Positions 13,265 through 24,070 of a DNA stretch of 64,000 nucleotides are shown here, in pieces. The position numbers and the translations under genes are program-made. The stretch lies in NCBI RefSeq assembly GCF_018977255.1, contig NW_024704743.1, forward strand, positions 79,610,001 through 79,674,000. The letters run 5' to 3'. The notes under the pieces are model-generated. The model had not been told where the DNA came from. It did not search any database and saw only the letters and a program-made list of their open reading frames with translations. This stretch comes from Callorhinchus milii (Eukaryota). Every line of letters begins with the position of its first letter. Positions within the stretch are counted from its first letter, which is position 1.

Positions 13265-14160
13265 TAATATTGCATTTGTTTAGCGCCTTTCACAACGGGA
13301 GGACGTCCCAAGGCGCTGGAAAGTCAGAGATTTGGACCTGAGCAGGTAGAGTTTGGGGTAAGGGAGGATGGAAAGCCGGGAGGGTAGGAGGATGGCCGAA
13401 GGCACGGTCGAGGAAGACGGTCTTGAGACGTGCCTTGAAGGAGGCAAGAGAAGGAGTGAGGAAAAGGGAATATGGATGGAGTTCCAAAGGGTGGGGGTGA
13501 AGAGGCTGAACACACAACACCTAATAATAATACCTCCAAAACAAAAAACAATAATAAATTGGTCATTTTCAATCCACGACTGTTTGTGGGACACTGCTGT
13601 GCACAATTGGCTGCCACGTTTTGCCCACAAATATACGGTCAATTCACTTTACAGCATATTCTGTGAAGCGCTTTGAGACATCTAGAAGACGTGAAAAGCG
13701 CTATATCAAACGCAAGGATTATTATTATTATTATAACTGCCGATTGTGGGGTGGGCCAGGCGGGGGATGTGGAGCAGACCGGAGCCTGTTGAACAGAGGG
13801 AGCAGACAGGTTGATAGGGGGTTAGCAGGTCACTGAGGTAGGGAGGCGGCAAGGCCGTGAAGGGCCTTGAAAGTGAGGCCAAGGATTTTGAACTCGATCC
13901 TCTGAAGGATGGGAGCCGGGCCAAGGTGGAAGTTGATGGGGTCAACAGCAACAACAACTTGGATTTATATAGCGCCCTCCACACCGGATGGCGTCTCAGA
14001 GCGCTTTACAGTGACGGATCCCAGGACCAAGCCAGGGGGAGGGGTGGGAAGGTGACCAAAGGCGTGGTCAAAAAGAAAGGTCGCAGAGAAGGGTCACAGA
14101 GCCTGGTGCAGGAGAGGACATGAGCTGCAGAGTTCTGGATAATCTGCAGCTTGTGTAAAT
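13265..14160 (-). mobile_element. Nested cluster: L2 (minus) split by a plus-strand SINE (13515-13735) and by a variant-B L2 tail (13945-14080)
   Basis: L2 sequence gagttccaaagggtgggggtgaagaggctgaa resumes after the SINE at actgccgattgtggggtggg, then again after the aacaacaacttggatttatatagcgccctcc insert. Confidence 0.85.
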
Positions 14161-14404
14161 GAATGACATTCTAACAGCCTCCGCAGTGAAAGTGTAATGT
14201 AGATTTGGAGCAGAATGATTACATAGCATTGGATGACCAAGAACATTAAAATTATAACTCTGGAAAGGCCAAGAGGTCACTTGTCCAATATCTGTTTGTG
14301 TCTGGCTGAGTAATTCTGCTTACTGGGATGTATATAACTACTATGTCAAGCAGCAGGAAAGTGAAACCATATGTATTCTTCACTTCCAAATAGGGCAAAA
14401 GCTA

Positions 14405-14525
14405 ACATTTTGCCCACAAAATATACAGTCAATTCACTTTAGAGTAATTATGTGAAGCGTTTTGAGATGTCGCAACAACATGATAAGGTGCTACATCAAA
14501 TGCAAGGCATATTATTAGTATTATT
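14405..14525 (+). mobile_element. SINE 3' tail
   Basis: ttttgcccacaaaatatacagtcaattcacttt..atcaaatgcaagg. Confidence 0.75.
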
Positions 14526-14673
14526 TCAACCAAATTTGATATTGTATGGCTTTAGTTTAATTGCTGTACAATATTGATGTGAACTGGGATCATGGGGATA
14601 AAATGTGTGGTGTTTGATAATCTAACACCTGAATAAATTGTTACCACCCCAATTTATGATATTTAGTGTGAAC

Positions 14674-14772
14674 TTAACATTGTTAGACTAAACTCTTCCA
14701 TAGGTTAACATTGCTAGGCTGAAACCATCCACATGTTAACATTGATGGGTGAACCAGTCCACAGGTTAAAAC
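14674..14772. repeat. Minisatellite, ~31-bp unit x3
   Basis: ttaacattgttagactaaactcttccatagg / ttaacattgctaggctgaaaccatccacatg / ttaacattgatgggtgaaccagtccacagg. Confidence 0.85.
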
Positions 14773-14859
14773 AATGCACCAGACAGATGGACTCCATAGG
14801 TTTTTATCTTCCTGTGTTCCTACCTCAGCGCTAGAAGCCTGGGAGCAATAAGATACAGT

Positions 14860-15010
14860 ACAATTTATATTTATATAGCACTTTTCATATTGAGAGGATG
14901 TCTCAAAGTACTTGACTGTGCCGGCTGAGCACCCGAGCTGGGGGTAGGTGCAGAGGGGGTGGGGAAGGGAAGGTATGTTTTGAGACGTGCTTGAACGAAG
15001 GGAGGGAGGG
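14860..15010 (-). mobile_element. L2 3' end
   Basis: atttatatagcacttttcat..gaggatgtctcaaag..ttgagacgtgcttgaa. Confidence 0.7.
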
Positions 15011-15444
15011 AGCAGATCACAAGCTCATCCTCTGCACGGTAGAAAGGTATCAGCACAGTTGGAAATTGTGGAGCTTTGTTCCCATAGAAACTGAAGCAAG
15101 TCAGATAACTCTCCTTTTTAAAGATGAAAGAACTTTAATATCAGATGAAAGCTTTGATGAGCATATATATGAGGATTCCATCGGGTCATGCTGCTGAAGT
15201 AGGGCCTTTCCTCAACATGCATTTCTATTTAAGGGGACAGAAACACCCAGCCCTTTTCCTTTCCATGGTGAATCCTATGTCCTACGTCCCTAATCTCTGG
15301 AACTCCAACTCATCACCTTGTTTTGTGTTCCACCTCAAATATAGTAATAATCCTACCTCTTTGAAAATACCTCTTTGAGCCACCTGCTCCTCCCCACTCA
15401 GTGTTCAACCCCATCCCTGTGAAGTGCTCCAAGAGAATAAAATT

Positions 15445-15870
15445 CAAATTTACATTTATATTGCACTTTTCACATCGAAACGACCTTGAGCAGGATGCGT
15501 CCCTCCAGGGAGACAGTGCGCATACTATTCCAACAATCTATCTCTGGAATTTCCATGTGTTGGTGGGATGCATAGAATTCTCAGTTTGGTTTGGATATTC
15601 TTTAGCATGGTGATGGATTTCCACATGTGCAAGACACCCGACTGACTAAAACGAAAGGACCTTCCAAGGTGCTTAACAAACCTGGTTGGGCACACCAAGG
15701 AGGGTGCGGAGAGGAAAGATGACGGAAGGTTCAGTCAAAAAGGAAGGTCTTAAGATAGACCTTGAAAGAGGGGAGGGAGTGGGCGAGTCGGAGGGACTCT
15801 GGGATGGAGTTCCAGAGAGTGGATTGAAAGCCTGATTGCCAATAGTGGGACGGATAGGACGAGGGACATG
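15445..15870 (-). mobile_element. L2 3' fragment interrupted by a family X insertion
   Basis: The tail at 15445-15487 resumes at 15652 and continues ..aaggtcttaagatagaccttgaa..gatggagttccagagagt. Confidence 0.75.
15488..15651 (+). mobile_element. Family X 3' end with a 12-bp TSD
   Basis: Flanked by cgaaacgacctt (15476-15487) and cgaaaggacctt (15652-15663); ends ..ccacatgtgcaagacacccgactgactaaaa. Confidence 0.85.
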
Positions 15871-17164
15871 AGATGTTAATCAATGGGAAAGGTGCTACAT
15901 AAATGCACATTGTTATAATAAAAATAATAATCCTTGCATTTGATACAGTATCCTATGACGTTGTTGAGATGTCTCAAAACGCTTCAAAGAATATATTGTA
16001 AAGTGGATGGATTGTGTATTTTGTGGGAGGAGCATTGTTGTCGTTGAATAGAGGGAACCGACTGCCCAACATCCTGAGAGATGGATTGATAAATAATGTG
16101 TGGGAGGTGGAAGAGGAGGAATTCTTCTGAGAACAGAAATGATGGGCCTCTTGGCTCTTTATTCACTCTTTCCTGTCTATATATCTATGAGTCACTACTA
16201 CCACATCAAAACTTTGGTTAGAAGTGCTGCCAGACGTTAACTCATGATCTTATAATTTATAACTATTTAAAGCTCAGTTGGTCAGAATGAGGTTTTAATT
16301 GATCAATTAAGTCATCAATTGAATTGATGCTCCCTCAGCTTCATAAACATATCTTTAGAATTCAGAGCAGTGATAAAGTGCTCTCAGAGGGGACACTTTT
16401 CAACAACTTACACAGGACTCTATTGAAATGGAACTGAGAGGATGTGCTGTAAAGCTGACGGAAACCGCAGTAGGAGCACGGGATCTGATTTCTAGAGTCT
16501 TCATTCAAGAGGTGAAGAGGCTAGTGGTTGGGGTGAGGGTGGGGGGTGGGGTGGGGAAGATTTTCAGCTCAGTGGTCAATCTTTAGGATTTGATGGAAAA
16601 ATGTGACATTTCAATCTGATGATCAGATCGCATTGTTATTCAAAAAGTAGAAAAAAATACATATACCCTACATGATGTATGTGGTCAATATACCTCATTG
16701 CTGGTGTGAAAACCCACCATTAGCTGGAACTATTTTATGGTATTCCCCCCATTCTCAGTTCCCCTCTACCCCCAGCTTGGACTCTCAGGCATCTATGTAA
16801 AGTGCTTTTTAGATGACCTCCTAAAATGAAAGGCGCTATAATGTATGTAAATATAAATTGTTGTTGTAAATGTTATGAGGCAACATCTGTCGTTTCCGTA
16901 GCTCAGCTACTGACTATTTTGTCCAATAATGGATGTGGGGGAACCTTTGCTTCTCTCTTAACATAAAACATTTTTTTAACAGTAACATTTTTTGTGTTTT
17001 TTTTTAACAGCAGTGGGAGTTTTACCAAAAGTTCCTATTAAGAGTTGTATAAAAATGTCAGACTGTAGGAAATTTTATTAGCTATGCGTCTGGTGAGAAG
17101 CTAAGGGGCATGTAGCAGGATAAGTTAATGAAAAGCAGTTGTTTGATTTCACCAAAAATCTTCT

Positions 17165-17277
17165 GGAGTCCTGTAGCTCAGTGGTAGAGCACTCGCTTCG
17201 CATGTGAGAGACCTGGGTTTGATTCCCGATAGGGCAAAATGTTGGGCAAGTTTCCTTACTCCACACACCTCTGCTTA
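17165..17277 (+). mobile_element. SINE tRNA-derived head plus start of the CORE-like segment
   Basis: ggagtcctgtagctcagtggtagagcactcgc (A box) ..gggtttgattccc (B box) ..ttgggcaagtttccttactccacac. Confidence 0.85.
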
Positions 17278-17284
17278 CGACTAC

Positions 17285-17512
17285 CTTCAGCAGTACTCCC
17301 TATGCACGCTCTGGGGTCCCCAAATCTTGTTCCTGCCAAAAAGTACCTATTATTTTCCAGAATTAGGTGAATAGCACAAGTCCCAATGGAGAGAGAGAGA
17401 GAGTACATCCTTCATTCCAGACAAGCAAATTTCCATCCATAAGTGGAACTCTCAGTAATTGGTTTAGCTACTCTTAAGCGTGGTGATGTGTTTCTGTCTA
17501 ACCACAAAAAGA
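17285..17512 (+). mobile_element. Family X 3' fragment, diverged
   Basis: cagcagtac..ttccagaattaggt..tactcttaagcgtggtgatg..accacaaaaa. Confidence 0.6.
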
Positions 17513-17599
17513 AACAAAGGGCAAAGCAGGATTAGTTCATAATAATATTACATTGATAGAGAATCCTTTTTTATTTTCTTTATTTTTGATTTCTCCAAA

Positions 17600-17885
17600 T
17601 GCGAGTTTGATTCCCGGCTGGGGTGAAATCTTAGGTAAGTTTCCTTACTCCACATGTTTCTGTTTACCTAACAGTAAGAAGGAACCTGGTTGTTAATCGA
17701 TTGGCAGTTTGCTTTCCGGGTGTAATAATCCACAACTGTTTGTGGAATACTGCTGTGTGCAATTTCCTGCCACATTTTTCCCACAAGATACATCGTCAAT
17801 ACATATATTCTGTGAAGCGCTTTTAGATATCTCAATGACGTGACAAGGTGCTATATCAAATGCAAGGATTATTATCATTATTATT
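17600..17885 (+). mobile_element. tRNA-CORE-Deu SINE, long form
   Basis: tttgattcccgg..tttccttactccac..tctgtttaccta.cagtaag..gtttgtggaatactgctgtgtgc..atcaaatgcaaggattatt. Confidence 0.85.
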
Positions 17886-17974
17886 TTTGCTGGAGTTCAG
17901 GTGAGTCAACATAATGACATGAGTTGACAATTGATGTCAGACAATCCCACAAATGCAATACCCCACATCAAGAG

Positions 17975-18400
17975 CAACAACAATTTTTATATAGAGCTCT
18001 TCACATTTGGAGGCTGTCTCAATGTGCTTCACATAGTTGACTAGACACCCAAGCTGGGCATGGGAAACTGAGGAGGGGGTCGGGGGAGAGAGTAGGATGA
18101 CTGAAAATAACAATTGCAGGTAAAGGTCTTAAGGCAGGCTTTAAAAGTGGGGAGTGAAAGAGAGTGAGTTGAATGATGTTTATGATGGAGTTCCAGAGAA
18201 TGACGGCAGAATGGCTGAAAGTAACAATAATGGGACTAATCAAGCTGGGGACATGAAGCAAGCTGGTGTTAGCTGAGTGGAGGATGAGACCAGGTTGGTA
18301 AGGTTGTAGAAGGTCACAGAAGTAAGTGGGTCGAAACCATGGATGGATTTGATGTGAAGATGAGGAACTTGAATTCGATCTACTGTGGTATTGACGTGGG
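17975..18400 (-). mobile_element. L2 3' fragment
   Basis: Minus ORFs read RIQVPHLHIKSIHG and DLLQPYQP..FSHSAVILWNSI; caacaacaa tail. Confidence 0.8.
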
Positions 18401-18770
18401 ACTCCAGCTGGTTGTGAGTTGATTGGCAATTCGCTTTCCAGGGGTAATAATCCCTCCAAAAAAGAAATTTGGTCACTCAATCCACAATTGTTTGTGGAAC
18501 ACTGCTCTGCCAAGAGATGTTGAGTGAAAGACAACCCTTGCTGCAAAATCAAATTAGAACTCAATCACTCAAATCGATGAGCAACATTGTATTCAAGTGA
18601 AGAGAAATTAGACTTTTTGAAGATTTATCCAGAAGTATTGGGGGAACATAGGAGCAGGAGAAAACTATGTGGACCATTGAACTTTTCCTGCATTATGTTC
18701 AGTAACTCTTTAATTCATTTCTTCTTTTTTTTCAACATTTCTAAAATCCTTACTTAATAGATTCATCAAC

Positions 18771-19042
18771 AAATACATGGTTATTTCACTTTACAGTAAA
18801 TCTTTTTAAGTGCTTTGATATACTGTACTTCTATGACATGAAAAGGGACTATATATCTAATGCAAGGATTATTATTATTATTATTATCTATCTATCTATC
18901 TATCTCTGGAACACTCTTGAAGAACTTCAAACGCATTTCTCTTCAATAGAAATTGAATCAGAGCTGAATAATAGAGAACTTTCTTTTGCATAGAACAAAC
19001 CAAGATCATGCTTTATTTTATTTGTTCTGTACTGCCTTCTGA
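18771..19042 (+). repeat. ~270-bp direct duplication, copy 1 (copy 2 at 20528-20789)
   Basis: aaatacatggtta..ctctggaacactcttgaa..aattgaatcagagctgaataatagagaac..gcatagaacaaaccaagat..ccttctga occurs in both copies. Confidence 0.92.
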
Positions 19043-19128
19043 TATACGGTATAGCGATATCAGATGCATATCTAAATAATAATCTTGGACCTCACGAATA
19101 TCAAGTTGGCTGGCACGTCACAAGCTGT

Positions 19129-20356
19129 CCTGAAAACATCCTTCCACCACGCTGAAGGCAGAAGCCTGCCAGATAGCTGATGAGGAAACTCTGAGGCTTG
19201 GGGTGACAGCTGCTGGAAGGCGTTATCTGGCAGCTTCTGCTTAAACTCCGCAACTCCAACCGGTGGAACCATCGGTGAATGGGAAGGGATGTGTGCCCAT
19301 GCTGCGGACAGGAAGATTGAAACAATGCATTTCCTGCTGAGTTGTGTTGCTCACAGGAAGCTCACAGGGAGTTCCTTGTACCTACCATCCACCCAGTGAG
19401 GGCTCAACCCACGCTTGTCAGATGTCAAACGACCAACAAGTGACTAGCCTCCTTGGGGGGAGGTAAGCTGGGTCTCCTTGGAGTTGAACTTGCCCCAAGG
19501 TGACATGCCTGGCAAATGAATGTCGGAATCGAGCCAACCCACCTTGCCTTGTCTCGCTTTGCAAGTGAGACACCTGGGTTCAATTCCAGGCTGGGCGAAA
19601 CCTTGGGCAAGTTTCCTTACTCCACACTCCTAATAATAATCCATCCAAAAAACAAAACAATAATAAATTGGTCATTTTCAATCCACGACTGTTTGTGGGA
19701 CACTGCTGTGCGCAATTGGCTGCCGCGTTCGCCCACAAATATACAGTCGATTCACTTTACAGTATATTCTGTGAAGCACTTTGGGACATCCTCCCGACGT
19801 GAAAAGCACTATATCAAATGCAAGGATTATTATTATTATTATTATTAACCCTCTGTGACAGTCTCTAGTCCAGTTCCTGAGCCCGGTGGGTCCGCAGTGT
19901 TCCAGGGCACTGCTGAGGTCAGCACAGCCAGCCTGGCTTATCTGCAGGACTTAGCAGGTGAGACCAGTCACTGAGAGCAGGGAATTATCCCACTCAGTTC
20001 CTCCAAGTCAAAGCCCTAATGGGTAGGGTGGTTCTAGCAGGACAACAGGCCAGAAAGCTTGCCAGACAATGGCAAGCAAAATTGTTTTAGCTGGCTAGAC
20101 TCCAGCAGTAACGCAAAGCACCCTCTGCGGTCGCCGAGCATTGGTTCTTGCCAACCTGCGCCTAATACTTTCTAGAATTAGGTAATCAGGATGAGTCTCT
20201 CCAGGGAGAGAGTGAGCATTCCATACCAACAATGTATCTCTGAAATTTTCATGCGTTGGTGGGATGACTGCAATTCTCAACTTGGTTGGATACTCTTAAG
20301 CATGGTGATGGGTTCCCACATGTGTCAGACACTTGAATAACCCCCAAAAATCTATG
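19129..20356 (+). mobile_element. Longest copy of non-LTR family X: ORF2 C-terminus with CCHC zinc knuckle plus 3' region; split by a SINE
   Basis: With one frameshift at 19318 it reads QLLLKLRNSNRWNHR*MGRDVCPCCGQED/ETMHFLLSCVAHRKL, later QMSNDQQVTSLLGG. Candidate TSD cacaagctgt at 19119-19128 and 20357-20366. Confidence 0.75.
19541..19846 (+). mobile_element. Young tRNA-Deu SINE, short form, inserted in family X
   Basis: Near-consensus body with (ATT)n tail; aaccc on both sides (19536-19540, 19847-19851); the empty site is visible in the 3445-4016 copy. Confidence 0.92.
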
Positions 20357-20374
20357 CACAAGCTGTAACATCAT

Positions 20375-20527
20375 CATCAACAACAACAACAACAACAACA
20401 AATTGCATTTTTATAGCACCTTTCATGTCGGGAGGACGTCTCAAGGCACTGGACAGTGAAGGGTTTGCACCTGAGTTGGAAGTTGGATTCAAAGGGTGGT
20501 GGTGGGAAGATGACTGAAGGCAAGGTC
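20375..20527 (-). mobile_element. L2 3' end
   Basis: (CAA)n aattgcatttttatagcacctttcatgtcgggaggacgtctcaaggcactggacag. Confidence 0.85.
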
Positions 20528-20789
20528 AAATACATGGTTACTGCACTTTACAGTAAATCCTTTTAAGTGCTTTGATATACTCTACTTCTATAACATGATA
20601 AGGGACTATATCAAATGCAAGGAGTATGATTAATATTATCATCTATCTATCTCTGGAACACTCTTGAACAACTTCAAAAGAATATATCTTCAATAGGAAT
20701 TGAATCAGAGCTGAATAATAGAGAACGTTCTTTTGCATAGAACAAACCAAGATAATGCTTTATTTTATTCCTTCTGTAATCCCTTCTGA
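20528..20789 (+). repeat. ~270-bp direct duplication, copy 2
   Basis: Colinear with 18771-19042. Confidence 0.92.
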
Positions 20790-21049
20790 AAAAATATCTT
20801 GAGATAATCACAGGCCTTGGATTGACGGGAGAGGAACTTCAAGAATAACTGCTCCAAGTTCTGTGCTGTTTTTGAGGCAGCCTTTATACATAGCAAAACT
20901 GAACCAGAGAAATATCCAACAGCTGTTTGTCTCACCCTTGGAGGCCAACTCTTCCTTAGCTTCCATCACCTGTCCTCTTAGTGCCCCTGAAATAGGACGG
21001 AGGTGGGCTGATTAATTAGGCAGATGCCTTTTATATTTTTCTTATGTGT

Positions 21050-21310
21050 TTTTAGCTGGTAATAAATTCCAGTAGTACCCCCAAAACACAGCCTAATGTC
21101 TCCAAACCATGGCTCTTGTCAACTTGTACACAATACTCTCCAAAATAGGTAAGCAGTGTCCCTCCAGGGCGAGAGTGTGCATTCCATTCCAAACATGGAC
21201 ATTTCCATTTGTAGGTGGCTTACACATGTGGAACTGTCAGTCTGGTTTGATATTCGTAAATGTGGTGAAGGGTTTTCACTTGTGCCAGACATCTGACTGA
21301 CCACAAAAAA
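21050..21310 (+). mobile_element. Family X 3' fragment
   Basis: ttttagctgg..ccagtagta..gtccctccagggcgagagtgtgcattccattcca..tgtgccagacatctgactgaccacaaaaaa. Confidence 0.75.
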
Positions 21311-21330
21311 TATATAATTTAACTAGACCT

Positions 21331-21658
21331 TTAATAATAATAATAATAATAATAATAATCCTTGCATTTGATATAGCGCTTTTCACGTCGGGAGGACGTC
21401 CCAATGCGCTTCACAGAACACACTGTAAAGTGAATTGACTGTATATTTGTGGGCGAACGCGGCAGCCAATTGCGCACAGCAATGTCCCACAAACAGTCAT
21501 GGATTGAAAATGACCAATTTATTACTGTTTTGGGTTTTGGATGGATTATTATTAGGAGTGTGGAGTAAGGAAACTTGCCCAAGGTTTCGCCCTGTCTGGA
21601 ATTGAATTCAGGTCTCCCGCTTGCAAAGCGAGTGCTCCAACCACTGAGCTACAGGACT
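21331..21658 (-). mobile_element. Young full-length tRNA-Deu SINE, short form
   Basis: Complete head (agtcctgtagctcagtggttggagcactcgctttgcaagcg) through the stem-loop tail and (ATT)n. Confidence 0.95.
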
Positions 21659-22914
21659 TTGCCTCTAAGAGCCTTCTTAAAGGGAGATGGCTTGCTAATT
21701 TAGGCTTATGCTGGCACACAACACACTCAGTTGATGAAAAGCATTTTGATTTTAAAACACTGCACTAAGATACTAGGATAATCTATCTAAATTACTTTGT
21801 CACTTATATGGTTAACTGTGGGGAAGAAGAAAAATGGCAGGTTTTTCTGACCTGATATGTCGTCATTATAATTTGGCTCAGTCAGATCCACAGTCCTTTC
21901 TGAAGATACATAGAGCATATTGCACTCCTCCTGGCTCATTACATTACTAGCAGACACAGTGCCAGGCATCATCATGCGCAGTTATCAGATTACTGCTGGG
22001 AATCAGCCCATAGCTGTACTTAATGCTGACTAAACTAAATGGAAGAACTGAATCCCTTCCACCTAGCCTTCCTGAATGTTTGAACCCTGGCCAACAGACC
22101 TTTACACTGCGTCTGATTTTAGTCTTCCAATTATGAGAACACTGTGTGCTGACGCTTCCTAGATCTCAGCTGTATATTCTCCAAGGTAAAGGCTACTTGG
22201 CTTTGAACTGCAACACTAGCAGCAGGGATCAAAACCACAAAGGAGGAACCAGGTCGTAAACCCCCCAGCCTAAACATTTAAAGGGAAAGACTGACAGCAG
22301 CACATTCCATCCCCTGGCAATCTCAGCTTGATGAATATAATCGACTCCCTTTGGATTTACCTGTTTAGGCACTGAGCTTTATAGAAGCCTGTTATGTCAA
22401 ATATATTATAATGTGTAATACAAATTGTGGTCTTTGTATATTGTATTATTTTTATATTATAAACATCTCATTATCCATCCATCTCCAGAATTCAGTCAGT
22501 ATACATGTAAGGCTGATTTTTTAATTATGGGTTAGTAGGCGAGGTCTGGCAACCCATAAGGAAAAACTTCAGAATTTCCCAGTGCTGAATGTCTCAAGAT
22601 ACTTGTATATACACAGTCTATGCAGTGAGACTTTGCAGTGCTCTGGAAACCCATCTGGTATCACACCAGTACTGATAATATTACTACAGCATTAAACGCA
22701 TCAGCAGTTAACTTCTGCAAAGAAGCCTGGAGAAAATACAATCGAAATTCAACCATTAGTGCTGGGAGTAACTGAACAGGGATTTTGCAATGCGGTGAGA
22801 TCCACTCGTATCCTAAGTATTGATTCCTCGGTGATCTAATGTACAATCATTAACAACATGCTCTGGATTTTCTGTTCTGGGTGCAGCAGTAATAATAATA
22901 AGCAGTAGAACAGC

Positions 22915-23250
22915 ACAATGTCTTTTCACCTTTGGGACCTGGACTCAAATCCAGCTCAGATGAATGGGATAAAAGCCTCACTGGTTGACTGTAAGACTCC
23001 TAAGCTAAAAGTAATTTGGACAATTCCAGTTCTCAGTTGATGTTATGGTCGAAGAGCACAAAAGTGTGTAATTTTTTACTAATTAGCAATTTCACTCAGG
23101 AGAGCACACAAGGGACTACTGCAGTACATAGAAAAACATTACCTTGGTCCAGTAAGAGTGTTCTTGTGAGGTTGAGTCAAGGCATATTGTCAGCGCAATA
23201 TAGAGGGAATTTATTCAGCATCGCACCATGATATATTTGAGCTGAGAATA
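22915..23250 (+). mobile_element. LF-SINE-like ancient SINE
   Basis: Ordered blocks cttttcacctttggg..tcaaatccagctcag..ccagttctcagttga..cacaaaa..actaattagca..ctcaggagag..caaggga..aggcatattgtcagcgcaat match the LF-SINE consensus as I recall it. Confidence 0.6.
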
Positions 23251-23329
23251 GTTGATATTGACACTTGAGGTGAGGGTCAGGGGAGGTAGATTCTTCTCAT
23301 CTCTAAATATCCTTTACCTGTTATGTTAC

Positions 23330-23645
23330 CTGTTGGGACGTCCTTCTGACGTGAAAGGCACTTTATAAATGGAATCTTGTTGTTGTTGTTGTTGTTAAAG
23401 ATGTTAAAAATCCCATGGCACTATATGACAAGAGAAGGAAATTTCTCCATCCGGCCAGCAATCGCCCAGAGAAAAAAAAACTGATCATTCACATCATGGC
23501 TGTTTGTTGGATATTGCTGTGCACAAATTGGTTGGCGCATTCGCCTACAAAATACCCAGCCACTTCTGTCAAATTATATGAAGCTCTTTGAGACATTGCA
23601 AAATTAAGGCACTATATCAGATCCAAGGATCATTTATTATTATTA
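23330..23645 (+). mobile_element. Short L2 tail (23333-23396) followed by an older Deu SINE
   Basis: ttgggacgtccttctgacgtgaaaggcac..(ttg)n, then gatgttaaaaatcccatggcacta..gctgtgcacaaattgg. Confidence 0.75.
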
Positions 23646-23734
23646 TAGCAATTTTGCCAATAGGGTTACATTTGTGATATTCACAAGAGGGATGGAAGCA
23701 CAATTGTGAACTCCAGAAGTGACAAATGTGTGAA

Positions 23735-23739
<5 letters not shown>

Positions 23740-23779
<40 letters not shown>

Positions 23780-24070
23780 CCTTGCATTTGATATAGCGCT
23801 TTTCACGTCGGGAGGACGTCCCAAAGCGCTTCACAGAACACACTGTAAAGTGAATTGACTGTATATTTGTGGGCGAACGCGACAGCAATGTCCCACAAAC
23901 AGTCATGGATGGAAAATGACCAATTTATTATTGTTTTTGGTTTTTGGAGGGATTATTATTAGGCTCTGTGTGGAGTAAGGAAACTTGCCCAAGGTTTCGC
24001 CCTGCCTGGAATTGAACTCAGGTCTCTCGCTTGCAAAGCGAGTGCTCTAACCACTGAGCTACAGGACTCC
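23740..24070 (-). mobile_element. Young full-length tRNA-Deu SINE, short form
   Basis: Nearly identical to 21331-21658, including the shared cacagaacacactgtaaag variant; long (ATT)n tail. Confidence 0.95.

Noticed and set aside
14674..14772. CRISPR-like array
   Set aside because: Units are directly tandem without unique spacers, there are no cas genes, and the context is a eukaryotic genome
17165..17235. tRNA genes at SINE heads (also 21590-21658, 24000-24070, 25256, 39081, 50710-50784)
   Set aside because: The acceptor stem does not close and each head runs into the SINE body; these are tRNA-derived Pol III promoters
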